The position numbers and the translations under genes were made by a program. 64,000 nt of DNA from Acidobacteriota bacterium. Its GTDB lineage: Bacteria > Acidobacteriota > UBA6911. Location: contig OY761556.1 of NCBI GenBank assembly GCA_963664705.1, positions 4,960,001 through 5,024,000 of the forward strand. The letters are read 5' to 3'. The notes beneath the pieces are model-generated. The model saw nothing but the letters and a program-made list of their open reading frames with translations, searched no databases and had not been told where the DNA came from. Below, in pieces: positions 1-10,107 of the stretch (position 1 is the stretch's first letter; every line of letters starts with the position of its first letter).

Positions 1-67
1 AACAACTTTTGTTTTGAGCGATCAGTTCTCTCGCCCCTTATAGGTACTACGTTTTTCCTGATCTTAT

Positions 68-122
68 TCCAGGGGTTCGCTGCGCTCACTCCTGTCCATT
101 TTCTGGCACGCCTTCGGCGCTT
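68..122. repeat. REP-like extragenic palindromic element
   Basis: CCAGGGGTTCGCTGCGCTCACTCCTG followed by the GNRA/UUCG-type mini-hairpin CGCCTTCGGCG, just downstream of prfC; resembles REP-type repeats; only one copy is seen here. Confidence 0.4.
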
Positions 123-186
123 GGCTTTCGTTGGCTTTATCGATTTGGGAGAAATACCAGGAATACCGCGGAACCCCGATCGATCA

Positions 187-1776
187 TCACGATGGCATTG
201 GAGAATGCGATAACGCTACTTTTTCCCGATATTTTTCTGCGAAGTGCTCCATGATAAAATCGCTGGAGAATAGGATAACCCGCCGGTCACAATCATCAAA
301 AGCAATCGCGGAATTGTAGGGCAGAATCTCAGTCAGCAGATCATCGCTGAGATCACTGTGGACCCACCTGAGGACAGTCCATGTCATTGTTTCAATTTCC
401 GAATCCGCGCCATATTCGCTTTTTAGCCGGTATTTAAGAACATCGAATTGCAGCAGTCCTACCGCACCCAAAAGTGTTTTGTTCTGATGCATTACCGAAT
501 TGAAGTGGAATGCCTGGATGATATTCTCCGAAAGCAGATGTTCCAGCCCTTTGCGGAAAGGCTTGTAATTGGAGGGGGTGGGATTGTTGATGAATCCGAA
601 GTATTCCGGGGCAAATCGTGGGATCTCATCGAAAACCACGGAAGGGTCGCTGCTCAGCGTATCGCCCACTTTGAGGTCTTGCCTGGAGACAAGCCCTACG
701 ATATCTCCCGGATACGCTTCGTCAACGATCTCACGGCTTTGACCAAAATGGGTGTGGGAATCCGAGAGGCGTATTTTTTTCCCCGTCCTGGACAGATAGG
801 CATGCATATCTCTGCTGAATTTTCCTGAACAGACACGCATGAAGGCGATCCGATCCCGATGCAGAGGGTTCATGTTGGTCTGCAACTTGAAAATAAAACC
901 GGAGAATATGGGATTTTCCATAGCCATCATGCCACGATTCGATTTTCTTGGGAGCGGCGGCGAAGAATACCGCACGAACCCTTCCAGAAGAAGCTCAACG
1001 CCAAAGTTGTTCACCGCGCTGCCGAAATATACAGGAACGGTTTCGCCATCAATAACGGATGCGGCATCAAAACTGCCATGCACATGATCGAGGATTTCAA
1101 TCTCCTCGATTGCCTGGCCGAATCCTTGTCCCCCCAACTCGCGCGCAAGTGCCGGATCGGAAGCATCGCGGACTGAAACTGGAGCCTTAAACGCGCCGCC
1201 GGCGACTCGCTCATAAAGATGAGCTTCCTTCTGAAGCCGGTCGTATACTCCTTTGAAGTCGCTCCCGCTGCCCAACGGCCAGTTGACGGGGTAGGCATGG
1301 ACCTTGAGAACGGTTTCCAGCTCGTCTATCAATTCCAGGGGGGCTTTCCCGGGACGATCCATCTTGTTCATAAACGCGAAGATGGGAATTCTCCGTTCCC
1401 TGCATATCTCGAAAAGCTTGCGCGTCTGGCTCTCAATTCCCTTGCCGGCATCAATGACCATCACGACACTGTCCACCGCCATCAGGACACGGTAGGTGTC
1501 TTCGGAAAAGTCCTTGTGGCCGGGAGTATCGAGCAAATTCATGCGCCAGCCGCGATAATCAAACTGCAGCAGGGTAGAGCTGACCGATATGCCGCGTTGT
1601 TTTTCGAGTTCCATCCAATCGGAAGCCGTTTCGCGTTGACGCTTTCGGGCGGTTACGGATCCGGCCAGCTGCAGAGCGCCACCGTAGAGCAGGAATTTCT
1701 CGGTTAGAGTTGTTTTCCCTGCATCGGGATGCGAAATAATCGCAAAAGTTCGCCTCTTATTTATCTCGTCGATCAT
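187..1776 (-). CDS. prfC: peptide chain release factor 3
   Basis: RRTFAIISHPDAGKTTLTEK, DTPGHKDFSEDTYR, NKMD and GAVGLLQFDV motifs; 529 aa. Confidence 0.98.
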   Translation of the reverse strand: MIDEINKRRTFAIISHPDAGKTTLTEKFLLYGGALQLAGSVTARKRQRETASDWMELEKQRGISVSSTLLQFDYRGWRMNLLDTPGHKDFSEDTYRVLMAVDSVVMVIDAGKGIESQTRKLFEICRERRIPIFAFMNKMDRPGKAPLELIDELETVLKVHAYPVNWPLGSGSDFKGVYDRLQKEAHLYERVAGGAFKAPVSVRDASDPALARELGGQGFGQAIEEIEILDHVHGSFDAASVIDGETVPVYFGSAVNNFGVELLLEGFVRYSSPPLPRKSNRGMMAMENPIFSGFIFKLQTNMNPLHRDRIAFMRVCSGKFSRDMHAYLSRTGKKIRLSDSHTHFGQSREIVDEAYPGDIVGLVSRQDLKVGDTLSSDPSVVFDEIPRFAPEYFGFINNPTPSNYKPFRKGLEHLLSENIIQAFHFNSVMHQNKTLLGAVGLLQFDVLKYRLKSEYGADSEIETMTWTVLRWVHSDLSDDLLTEILPYNSAIAFDDCDRRVILFSSDFIMEHFAEKYREKVALSHSPMPS

Positions 1777-2047
1777 TCTGAAGCCCAGGTAATCCCGGCC
1801 AAAGCACCGTCTGGCCGTGGCAGCCGATTTCGGCCTGCCTTAGCAAAAACCTCTATCGGACCATTATTTATTTGTACAGATTCAATATCTGTCAGAACCT
1901 CAAATCTGCGTGTCGTATATTAGCAGGCGGTGGCGAAAGTACAATGACCAGCCTGTCGTGTTTCATCCGGCATTTGCGACCAGGTTTTTGCCGGTATTGG
2001 ATGTCTCCCAATCGGACGACTGACGCGTGCAGGAAGACCATTCGGCT

Positions 2048-4057
2048 TCATTGCTTACGCACGTCGATCCGGTTGTCATAGAAGGTGCTTCCGTTCCCAC
2101 GATCTGTAAGCCGTTGGGAAGTGAGGGCGTTGACGGAGCGGTTTCCGGGCGTGAACTCCAGCCACCAGACTCCTTCCGCCACTGCCGTCCCAAGAGGGAT
2201 TCCCGGGTCTGTCTGAAGAATGAAAACCACTTCGCCCAGACCGTTGAAAGCCACAGCAGTGTCTCCATCGGAGAGTCCGCGTTTGGCTGCCTCCGCCGGA
2301 TTGATACTCAGCCGCATATTCCCTTGTTTTTGCCGCAAGTCGTTCCTCTCATAAAACGAGGAGTTGAGAGCGTAGACGCTTGGAGCGGCCATCAGCCAAA
2401 GAGGATAACGGCCCTCCTCTTCGTGAGTGCGGAGAAATCGTGGCAGCGGTTCCTCATCCGAGTCATTCAGGATCTCCAGTCGTCCGGACCGAGTGGCAAA
2501 GCTTTCGGGCGGCCAGATCGGGGCTTGCAGTTCGACTCCTTTGCCCTCCACCAGCGCGTCCGTGTCGATACCATCCCGCAACGGCGCGGGCGTTGAGAGA
2601 AGCAGATCGATAAGGTCATCCGCGGAATGCCGGAAGAAGGGATCGTCGAATCCGAACTCAGCGGCCAGCGCTGAAAAAACGTCCCAGTTGGCGCGGCTTT
2701 CTCCGACCGGCGGGATTGCTGCGGCGGCCCGCTGGATGCAGTACGAACCATAAGCCCGGTAGAGGTCGGCATGTTCCAACGAAGACGTCGCCGGAAGAAC
2801 AATGTCGGCGTAGCGGGTGCTGTCGGTGTCGAACCTTTCATGGACCACCGTGAAGAGATCTTCACGGGATAGTCCTTGCAGAACTGCATTTTGGTCTGGA
2901 GCGACTAATGCCGGATTTGCACTGTACACATAAAGCGCCATGATCCGTGGATTATCTATTTCGCGGAGGGCATGTCCCAGGCGATTCATGTTGATGATCC
3001 GCGTCGGAGTTGCCATAAAGTCTTCCCGGATGATTTTCGCCATCGCAAAAGCAGAGCCTGTGGATGTCGAACCGAACAGTCCGGCATGCCGCTTGCCATA
3101 ACCGCCGACGAAAGCGGGGAGGACGGCAATGGTCCGCACGGTCATGGCGCCATTTCCGTAACGGGATAGGCCGCTTCCAAGGCGGATCATCGGGGCTTTG
3201 GCCGCGGCGTACTCTCGAGCCATCCTGAGCAAGGTCGCAACCGGAATCCCAGTCAGCTCGCTTGTGCGCTCCGGTGTGTACCCGGGCAACACTTCCGCCG
3301 CGAGCGCTTCGTAGCCGATGGTTCGCTCCCGGAGGAAGACCCGATCGGATAATCCCTCTTTGTCCAGCAGGTGCATCAATCCCAGTGCAAGCGCACCGTC
3401 GCTCCCGGGCCGAACAGGAAAAAACTCGTCCGCGGATCTGGCGGTGGGAGTTGCATAGGTATCAATGACCCAAAGTCTGGCCCCGTTCTTGCGGGCCTGG
3501 TTCACCCGCTGCAAGTAATGGATGCTGGTTGCGGCCGCATTGATTCCCCAAAGAATGATCAAATCGCTGCCGGACAGCTCGTCCGGATGAGGAGCCGGCG
3601 TGTCGCCCAAAACGGCTTTCAGGCCTGCCTCCTTGGCGGGAGAACAGATTGTCCGGTCCAGCCGGGATGCACCCAGCCGGTGAAAAAACGCGTGACCGGC
3701 ATTCCGCTGCACCATACCCATTGTTCCTGCATACGAGTAGGGCAGGATCGATTCCGGACCGTGAGCGGTGATAATCGCGCGCCAGCGGTCGGCAATCAAC
3801 CGCAGGGCCTCTTCCCAAGTCGTTTCTCGGAACTGGCCGGTCCCCTTGGGGCCGGTTCGGATCAGCGGTTTCTGCAGTCGCCGAGGGGAATGGACGGTTC
3901 GCTCGTAGTGCGTCATTTTCGTGCAGAGCGTTCCGCGGGAATACGGATGCTCCGGATCACCAGCCACCCTGACGGCACGACCGTTCTCAACCGATACCAA
4001 AAGACCGCATGCATCGGGACAGTCATAAGGGCAGACGGACCGCTTAATTTCAGTCAT
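2048..4057 (-). CDS. cytoplasmic molybdopterin oxidoreductase (DMSO reductase superfamily)
   Basis: CPYDCPDAC...C Fe-S motif, ADIVLPAT, C-terminal molybdopterin dinucleotide-binding domain; no Tat signal. Confidence 0.9.
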   Translation of the reverse strand: MTEIKRSVCPYDCPDACGLLVSVENGRAVRVAGDPEHPYSRGTLCTKMTHYERTVHSPRRLQKPLIRTGPKGTGQFRETTWEEALRLIADRWRAIITAHGPESILPYSYAGTMGMVQRNAGHAFFHRLGASRLDRTICSPAKEAGLKAVLGDTPAPHPDELSGSDLIILWGINAAATSIHYLQRVNQARKNGARLWVIDTYATPTARSADEFFPVRPGSDGALALGLMHLLDKEGLSDRVFLRERTIGYEALAAEVLPGYTPERTSELTGIPVATLLRMAREYAAAKAPMIRLGSGLSRYGNGAMTVRTIAVLPAFVGGYGKRHAGLFGSTSTGSAFAMAKIIREDFMATPTRIINMNRLGHALREIDNPRIMALYVYSANPALVAPDQNAVLQGLSREDLFTVVHERFDTDSTRYADIVLPATSSLEHADLYRAYGSYCIQRAAAAIPPVGESRANWDVFSALAAEFGFDDPFFRHSADDLIDLLLSTPAPLRDGIDTDALVEGKGVELQAPIWPPESFATRSGRLEILNDSDEEPLPRFLRTHEEEGRYPLWLMAAPSVYALNSSFYERNDLRQKQGNMRLSINPAEAAKRGLSDGDTAVAFNGLGEVVFILQTDPGIPLGTAVAEGVWWLEFTPGNRSVNALTSQRLTDRGNGSTFYDNRIDVRKQ

Positions 4058-4369
4058 AATGCTCCTGCAGGAAAGCCGAATATGGCAATCCTTTCCGCTG
4101 GTTTTGGTTTATAGATGCTTAACGCATCCTGGCGCAAACACCGTGCCTGTCATTCTTCTCTTCACCTCAGCTATGCAGTACTTTCTGAAAGATAGACCAC
4201 ATGGCTTCCCAATTGCCATCGGAATCACCTCCTTTTTGTTTGATGTGCAGGGAATTTGCTTCCCGGTGTGCAGCATTCCAGACCGCAGGATTCATACACG
4301 GCCGATGACGCAATCGGGACAATTGCATACGGCCGCGAAAGAGCCCAAAGGGGTATAAGAAGCAAAATT

Positions 4370-5809
4370 CTATTCCCGAGCCAGCCGCGTTGGCGCAAGT
4401 TCGGTGTCCTGCTTCAAGAACCGCATCCCTGCCAACCAGAAGGCGCCCGCCACCAGGAACATTGCACCCACTGCCGAGAATGCGGTGGTCATGCCGTAGC
4501 GGTCGCTCAGGATGCCGATTATAACGGGCGAGATTACGTCACCCAGCAGATGAATGACAAAGATGTTCAAGGCAAATGCGGCCGAGCGGATGCTCGGAGG
4601 CGTCACATTCACCAGGATTGTGTTTGTCGGACCGGTGTTGAAAAACAGACAGAAGCTGGCCACAAACAACCAAATCCATATAGTCGGAAATGGCGCGTGC
4701 AGCGTCAGCAGCATAAACGGAAATCCGATCAGCATGGCAACGCCCGAGACCAGGAAGTAGGAGCCGGAGAAACGCGTCCGGAGTTTGTCGCCGACCAGGC
4801 CGCCCAGCAGGGTTGCGGCGAAGCCGGTGACAACTGTGATGGCGCCGAAGATCATTTTCACCGCGACCGGTGCGCCCATTTTTTGCTTGAGGTAGTAGGC
4901 CATCCAGAAGGAGATTCCGCCTATAGCAAAGGTCATCGCTGTCATTCCCAACGTGCAGAGGATATAAGACGGCGTGTGCAGCAGCACCCCATAATCGCGC
5001 CACTGGACCTTGTGCGTACGCATGCCTTTGCCCAAATCCGCCTGGCCGCGCGGCGGCTCCTTCATGAAAAAGCTCCAGATGCCGAGCAGCAATCCGGGCA
5101 CAACCACGACGTAGAACGCCCAGCGCCAACTCTCTGCGTGAATGCCGAGTGCCTGTTCGCCCCAAGCGCCGATGCCGGACCTCGCCACGGCATCGCCGAT
5201 GACGAAGCCCAGCGCGCCGGCCACCGGTATGGCCATGTAAAACCACGCCAGCGCCTGGCCACGCACTTTTACCGGATAAAAATCCGAGATCAGTGTCGGA
5301 GCCACGGGTCCATAGGCCGCTTCGCCGATACCGACGAAACAACGGGTCAGAAGCAGTGCGACAAAGCCGCCCGCCAGGCCCGACGCCCCAGTGGCCAGGC
5401 TCCACAGGATCACGCCCACGCCGACCAGCGCCCAACGCGACCAGCGGTCAGCCAATCGGCCGAAAATCGGCGCGCCGATCGTGTAGACCACCATGAATGC
5501 AGTGCCCAGCACACCAATAAGTGCCAGTTCAGGTTTAAAGCCCAGATGCCCCGCGCACCATTCCTGAAACTGCCGGAGCGCTGGTGAGAGCGCATCGGCG
5601 TTGCCTTTTGGGAAGAAGCTCGCCTGGATGAACTCGACGACGGCGGCCAGCACGTAGCGATCGATGTAGTTGAACATGTTGATCAACAGGAGCAGTATCA
5701 GCGCAGCTCTTGCGCCGGGGAATGGCGTTTTGCGGTCGGCGCCTGAGACTTCCGCCGTGTGTGGGAAAGCAGCCTCCGAATACTCCGCCCCTATATCGTC
5801 GCTCACCAT
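4370..5809 (-). CDS. MFS transporter (spinster-like)
   Basis: NMFNYIDRY, GRLADRWSR motif A, GIGEAAY; about 12 hydrophobic helices. Confidence 0.9.
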   Translation of the reverse strand: MVSDDIGAEYSEAAFPHTAEVSGADRKTPFPGARAALILLLLINMFNYIDRYVLAAVVEFIQASFFPKGNADALSPALRQFQEWCAGHLGFKPELALIGVLGTAFMVVYTIGAPIFGRLADRWSRWALVGVGVILWSLATGASGLAGGFVALLLTRCFVGIGEAAYGPVAPTLISDFYPVKVRGQALAWFYMAIPVAGALGFVIGDAVARSGIGAWGEQALGIHAESWRWAFYVVVVPGLLLGIWSFFMKEPPRGQADLGKGMRTHKVQWRDYGVLLHTPSYILCTLGMTAMTFAIGGISFWMAYYLKQKMGAPVAVKMIFGAITVVTGFAATLLGGLVGDKLRTRFSGSYFLVSGVAMLIGFPFMLLTLHAPFPTIWIWLFVASFCLFFNTGPTNTILVNVTPPSIRSAAFALNIFVIHLLGDVISPVIIGILSDRYGMTTAFSAVGAMFLVAGAFWLAGMRFLKQDTELAPTRLARE

Positions 5810-6160
5810 GCTCTCCTTTCAACAGGAAGAAGCCGCGCATCAAGGTTCATGTCCATCATGGGCCGGTTGTCGAATATGTCTCAACGGGAATCGAAACGCC
5901 ACAATCTGTTTTACACTAAGATGCTGCTTTAGTTAAGGGCAGCAACTCTGATGCCCCCTTATTTTCGTCGGGCGAGGGACGGATCAAGGTCCTCGGGGAA
6001 ATCATTTTCCAATACTATGGGGGATGACCCTGCCGGACGCTGTTGGCTTTTTAGCGATTTCCTTTGGTGCCGACACGCTTTATGATGAGTGATCAGAAAA
6101 GCAAAAAGCAACGCCCCAGATAATTTGGCCAACCATCACCAAGTCCATAAGGAGAAGAGA

Positions 6161-7108
6161 ATGCTGGTGGATAGAAGGAAGTTCTGCAGGAGCGTGGCCG
6201 CGCTCGGGCTTTTGCCCGGCATCGCATGCGGACAATCGCAGGAGAAGCAAAGTGTCGCGCCGCGAAGTAGCGAAGGGATACGGGCCCGCAGGATCACCGC
6301 AAGGGGGTTCACCTTCGATGCACTGGAGTGCGGATCCGGCGGCGAGCCGGTCCTGTTGCTGCACGGGTTTCCCGAAACCTCCCTGATGTGGTCCGGCCTG
6401 ATGCCGGTATTGGCGGCGAACGGTTACCATTGCCTTGCACCGGATCAGCGCGGGTACAGTCCCAGCGCACGCCCGACGCAAGTTGACGCTTACCGGTATG
6501 AAGAACTCGTCGCGGATACGCTTGCATTCGGCCGCACGCTCGGCAAACGCTTTCACCTGATCGGCCACGATTGGGGCGCGGTTGTGGGGTGGCTTACACT
6601 TGCAACGGATCCTTCGTCGATCGCCTCCTTTACCGCGATATCCATACCGCACTACACGGCCTGGTCGCGCTCGGTCTACGACGACGAAAAAATGGCAGGC
6701 TATCGTTCAATGCTCGAAACCTGGATGACGGAGGGCAAGGGAGAAGCTTCGTGGACACCGGAACTGCTGAGGCGCATCTGGAAAGTGAAGCCGGCGGACC
6801 AGGTCGAGAAACTCATCGCAAAGATGACGGAACCGGGAGCCATGACGGCGGCGCTGAACTGGTACCGTGCATCGCGAGGCCACAAACGCGTGCTCGAGGA
6901 TTTCACCATCCCGAAGGTGAATGTGCCCACGCTGCTCATCTTTGGCCGCACCGACATTGGACAACGCTCGGTGGCTGATTCGGCGGCCCTCATGACGGGC
7001 AGCTACCGCGTCGTCCAGCCCGACGGCGGTCACTTCATCGTCGATGAGCAGCCGAAGGTTGTAGCAGAGGAAACGCTCGCGCACTTACGAGCGCATCCCA
7101 TAAAATAG
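6161..7108 (+). CDS. alpha/beta hydrolase (epoxide hydrolase-like), probably Tat-exported
   Basis: LLHGFPE, GHDWG nucleophile elbow, GGHF; DRRKF signal; AAGGAG upstream of ATG 6161. Confidence 0.88.
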   Translation: MLVDRRKFCRSVAALGLLPGIACGQSQEKQSVAPRSSEGIRARRITARGFTFDALECGSGGEPVLLLHGFPETSLMWSGLMPVLAANGYHCLAPDQRGYSPSARPTQVDAYRYEELVADTLAFGRTLGKRFHLIGHDWGAVVGWLTLATDPSSIASFTAISIPHYTAWSRSVYDDEKMAGYRSMLETWMTEGKGEASWTPELLRRIWKVKPADQVEKLIAKMTEPGAMTAALNWYRASRGHKRVLEDFTIPKVNVPTLLIFGRTDIGQRSVADSAALMTGSYRVVQPDGGHFIVDEQPKVVAEETLAHLRAHPIK

Positions 7109-7275
7109 AATCCATCCATCGCGCCCTCAGAGAAAAATAACCAAAGGCTGCCTGCAATAACAGGGAGTCTATGGCTGCTCTAAAAGAAAGCATCGCCGCA
7201 GGCTTTACGCTTGCGGCTATGCTCAGTCCGGGTATCGCAAACAGCCGAATGACAAATTTCCAGGACAATAACTAT

Positions 7276-7320
7276 TTGACAATATGGTTGCTAGATACAA
7301 TACTTGCATTATGCAACTAT
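7276..7320 (+). promoter_or_regulatory. promoter region with probable MarR operator(s)
   Basis: TTGACA at 7276; inverted repeat ATACTTGCAT-T-ATGCAACTAT at 7300-7320, plus an upstream weaker TTGC-N5-ACAA copy. Confidence 0.6.
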
Positions 7321-7336
7321 ATTGAAAGGGGCAAAT

Positions 7337-7822
7337 GTGGAGGCCAAGACAATCGAGCAGTTCCGAGCAAAGCTTCGTGAGATAGAGCGAGCCGTTTGGA
7401 TGCAAACCAAAAGCGAGGCGCTCTGCTGTGGCGTCACCATGGCTCAGTGTCATGCGATCCTCGAGATCAGCTCCGCCGGAGAAGTGAATTTAAAAGACCT
7501 GGCGGCCCGATTGGGCCTCGACAACAGCACACTTAGCCGGACAGTCGAAAGCCTCGTACAAGATGGATTGGTCGAGAGAACTTCAAGTAAGGAAGACCGG
7601 CGAGCCACTGTCATCAAGTTAAGTGAAAAGGGGCGCGCCGCCCGCGACCGCATCAACAAAACCTGGAACCAGATCTGCCGGGACATGTTTCGGAATATTC
7701 CCCACGAAAAACACGAGCAGCTCATCGAATCAGTGGCAATTCTGTCGGACCTGCTGACCGGTTGTTGCCGCAACCAGTGTTCCCCGAACGGAAGCACGGC
7801 CAAGCGGAGGACCAATGTCTAA
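7337..7822 (+). CDS. MarR-family regulator with Cys-Cys motifs
   Basis: winged HTH (LAARLGLDNSTLSRTVESLV...DRR); LCCGVT and GCCRNQC motifs; GTG start after AAAGGGG. Confidence 0.88.
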   Translation: MEAKTIEQFRAKLREIERAVWMQTKSEALCCGVTMAQCHAILEISSAGEVNLKDLAARLGLDNSTLSRTVESLVQDGLVERTSSKEDRRATVIKLSEKGRAARDRINKTWNQICRDMFRNIPHEKHEQLIESVAILSDLLTGCCRNQCSPNGSTAKRRTNV

Positions 7823-8861
7823 CTCATGCTGCTGTTCAACTCCGCAAAGCTCAAACCTTGTCCCGCTGGCTGATTTTAAGGAGTGCGCCGGGAAAGCGGC
7901 CAAGGTTACCTCGAGACTAAACAGGCGGGATCGACTGGGGATGTTCAAGTTCCGCTGGGGTATACGCCGCATGAGCTATGTGGTTGCTCCAGGCTTGTAT
8001 CAAATAGGAAGTCCCAACGAACACTCCCCGGTTCTGGTCACGGCAAATTTCAAAATGACTTTTGATATGGTCCGAAGCCAGCTGGACGGCATCAGTGCAT
8101 GGATTCTTGTGCTGAACACGCGCGGAATCAATGTTTGGTGCGCAGCCGGCAAGAGTACGTTCGGAACAGACGAACTCGTTCAACAGATTGAGAAGACAAA
8201 CCTTAAATCAGTGGTAACGCACCGGGAGATCATTCTTCCGCAGCTTGGCGCTCCTGGAGTTGCCGCGCATGAAGTCAGAAAGCGCGCGGGATTCTCAGTA
8301 ATCTATGGACCTGTTTATGCCCGAGATATCCGTGCTTTTCTGGCCGCCGGAAACCGCGCCACACCTGAAATGCGCAGGGTTCGATTTCATCTGAGAGACC
8401 GGATTGGTCTAATCCCCATGGAATTGATACCGGCGCTGAAGTGGGTTCCGGTGCTCGTCGCCTTGATCCTGATCATGAGGCTGGCGGATGGATCCGGCTT
8501 CCATGACGGTTTGCAGCGGGATCTGCTTGCATATCTGGGGACCATCGGGATAGGAGCGGCGGCGGTCCAGGTAGTACTGCCCTGGATTCCAGGGCGATCG
8601 TTTGTTTTAAAAGGCTGGCTTATGGGAATCCTATGGGCTGTATCTGTTTCGCTCTGGTTGAAGCCGAACCCCTGGATAGCGGTCTCCAATATTCTGGTCC
8701 TCCCCGTAATCCCGGCATACCTGGCATTGAACTTCACTGGGTCCACGACATTCACGTCATTATCCGGCGTGCAGAAGGAGATTCGCCTGGCAACTCCGGT
8801 CATGTTGGCGTCGGCCTGGATTGGAATAGTCCTGAGAATCGGACTGAGGCTGTGGAGCTGA
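7815..8861 (+). CDS. hgcA: mercury methylation corrinoid protein HgcA
   Basis: cap-helix motif GINVWCAAGK, VLVTANFK, LPQLGAPG, C-terminal membrane helices with NFTGSTTFTSLSGV; ferredoxin gene immediately downstream. Confidence 0.97.
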   Translation: MSNSCCCSTPQSSNLVPLADFKECAGKAAKVTSRLNRRDRLGMFKFRWGIRRMSYVVAPGLYQIGSPNEHSPVLVTANFKMTFDMVRSQLDGISAWILVLNTRGINVWCAAGKSTFGTDELVQQIEKTNLKSVVTHREIILPQLGAPGVAAHEVRKRAGFSVIYGPVYARDIRAFLAAGNRATPEMRRVRFHLRDRIGLIPMELIPALKWVPVLVALILIMRLADGSGFHDGLQRDLLAYLGTIGIGAAAVQVVLPWIPGRSFVLKGWLMGILWAVSVSLWLKPNPWIAVSNILVLPVIPAYLALNFTGSTTFTSLSGVQKEIRLATPVMLASAWIGIVLRIGLRLWS

Positions 8862-8873
8862 AAGGAAAAACCT

Positions 8874-9164
8874 GTGAGCTTGATATATCTGAAAAATGTC
8901 TCGACCTTGAGAATGGATCCCTTCCGCTGCGGCGGTTGCGGAATGTGCGCGGCGGTATGCCCTCATGCGGTATTCCAGATTGAGAACCACAAAGCTCGAA
9001 TTGCAAACCCGGATTTCTGCATGGAGTGCGGTGCGTGCGCGAAAAACTGTGCCGCAAACGCCTTGACCGTTCGTGCTGGAGTAGGTTGCGCAGACGCGGT
9101 CATTCGCGGAAAACTCAGAGGAACGGAGCCCGTCTGCGGTTGTTCTCAGCAAGATTGTGGGTAA
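8874..9164 (+). CDS. hgcB: mercury methylation ferredoxin HgcB
   Basis: CGGCGMCAAVCPH and CMECGACAKNC motifs, GVGCA; directly after hgcA. Confidence 0.95.
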   Translation: MSLIYLKNVSTLRMDPFRCGGCGMCAAVCPHAVFQIENHKARIANPDFCMECGACAKNCAANALTVRAGVGCADAVIRGKLRGTEPVCGCSQQDCG

Positions 9165-9191
9165 GCCCATCAAAACCGGAAGGACAAAAAA

Positions 9192-10058
9192 ATGGAAACA
9201 GCTGAGCTGGATGTAAAAAAACTGGTTAAAGAAAGGTATGGACTGGCGGCCACCCAGGCGCAGTCCGGTAGTCGCAGCTGCTGCGGGCCCTCGCCCAGCT
9301 GCTGTGGCGACAGCAGCGGAGTAGACCCCATTGTAAAAGATCTCTACAGTCTGAACGAAATGGCCGAGCTTCCGGAAAAGGCTGTCCTGGCTTCGCTTGG
9401 ATGCGGCAATCCCACGGCTTTGGCGGAGCTGAGTCCCGGCGAGATTGTACTCGATCTTGGTTCAGGCGGCGGGATTGACGTCCTTCTTTCCGCAAAGCGT
9501 GTGGGAAAGGAAGGCAGAGCATACGGACTGGACATGACCGATGAGATGCTCTCATTGGCTCGCGAAAATCAGCTCAAAGCCGGTGTACAGAATGCTGAAT
9601 TTCTTAAGGGTGAGATCGAGAATATTCCCCTGCCGGACAACTCGGTAGACGTGATTATCTCCAATTGCGTCATAAATCTCTCCGCAGATAAGGATCGTGT
9701 GGTAAAGGAAGCATTCCGGGTTTTGAAGCCGGGCGGCCGGTTTGCCGTTTCAGATGTTGTAGTGCTTGGTGATGTTCCGGCGGATATCCGGAGGAGCGTC
9801 GAACTTTGGGCCGGTTGCGTTGCAGGAGCGCTGCATCAGCAGGAATACTGTTCCAAGCTCGATAGTGCCGGATTCGAGGAGGTGCGGATTGAACCGACGC
9901 GCATTTATCATGGGCAGGAGGTCAGGGATCTTCTTTCCGGAACCGACCTCGGTACAGAAGCGATAATCGCCCAAATAGATGGTAAGTTCGCCAGCGCTTT
10001 CATTCGCGCTCGAAAACCCGCATCTTCATGCTGCAGCACCGGTTGCTGTAAAGGATAA
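9192..10058 (+). CDS. arsM: arsenite S-adenosylmethionine methyltransferase
   Basis: SLGCGNP, LDLGSGGGID, SNCVINLS, WAGCVAGAL; Cys pairs at both termini. Confidence 0.95.
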   Translation: METAELDVKKLVKERYGLAATQAQSGSRSCCGPSPSCCGDSSGVDPIVKDLYSLNEMAELPEKAVLASLGCGNPTALAELSPGEIVLDLGSGGGIDVLLSAKRVGKEGRAYGLDMTDEMLSLARENQLKAGVQNAEFLKGEIENIPLPDNSVDVIISNCVINLSADKDRVVKEAFRVLKPGGRFAVSDVVVLGDVPADIRRSVELWAGCVAGALHQQEYCSKLDSAGFEEVRIEPTRIYHGQEVRDLLSGTDLGTEAIIAQIDGKFASAFIRARKPASSCCSTGCCKG

Positions 10059-10107
10059 TTGCAGAATTGCAGGCAGGTTCCTGTTATCGGGAACTTGCCT
10101 GAATTAT

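Noticed and set aside
4256-5587. Long antisense ORFs (4256-5587, also 31089-31844 and 54684-55436)
   Set aside because: Shadow frames of well-supported GC-rich genes
7827-7844. CCCSTP shared by the HgcA N-terminus and leader L1
   Set aside because: Only six residues with different codons; probably coincidence
8859-8876. hgcA stop is TGA and hgcB is in the same frame, suggesting a Sec read-through fusion
   Set aside because: The 12-nt spacer contains the hgcB SD (AAGGA), no SECIS-like hairpin is evident, and same-frame has a 1 in 3 chance
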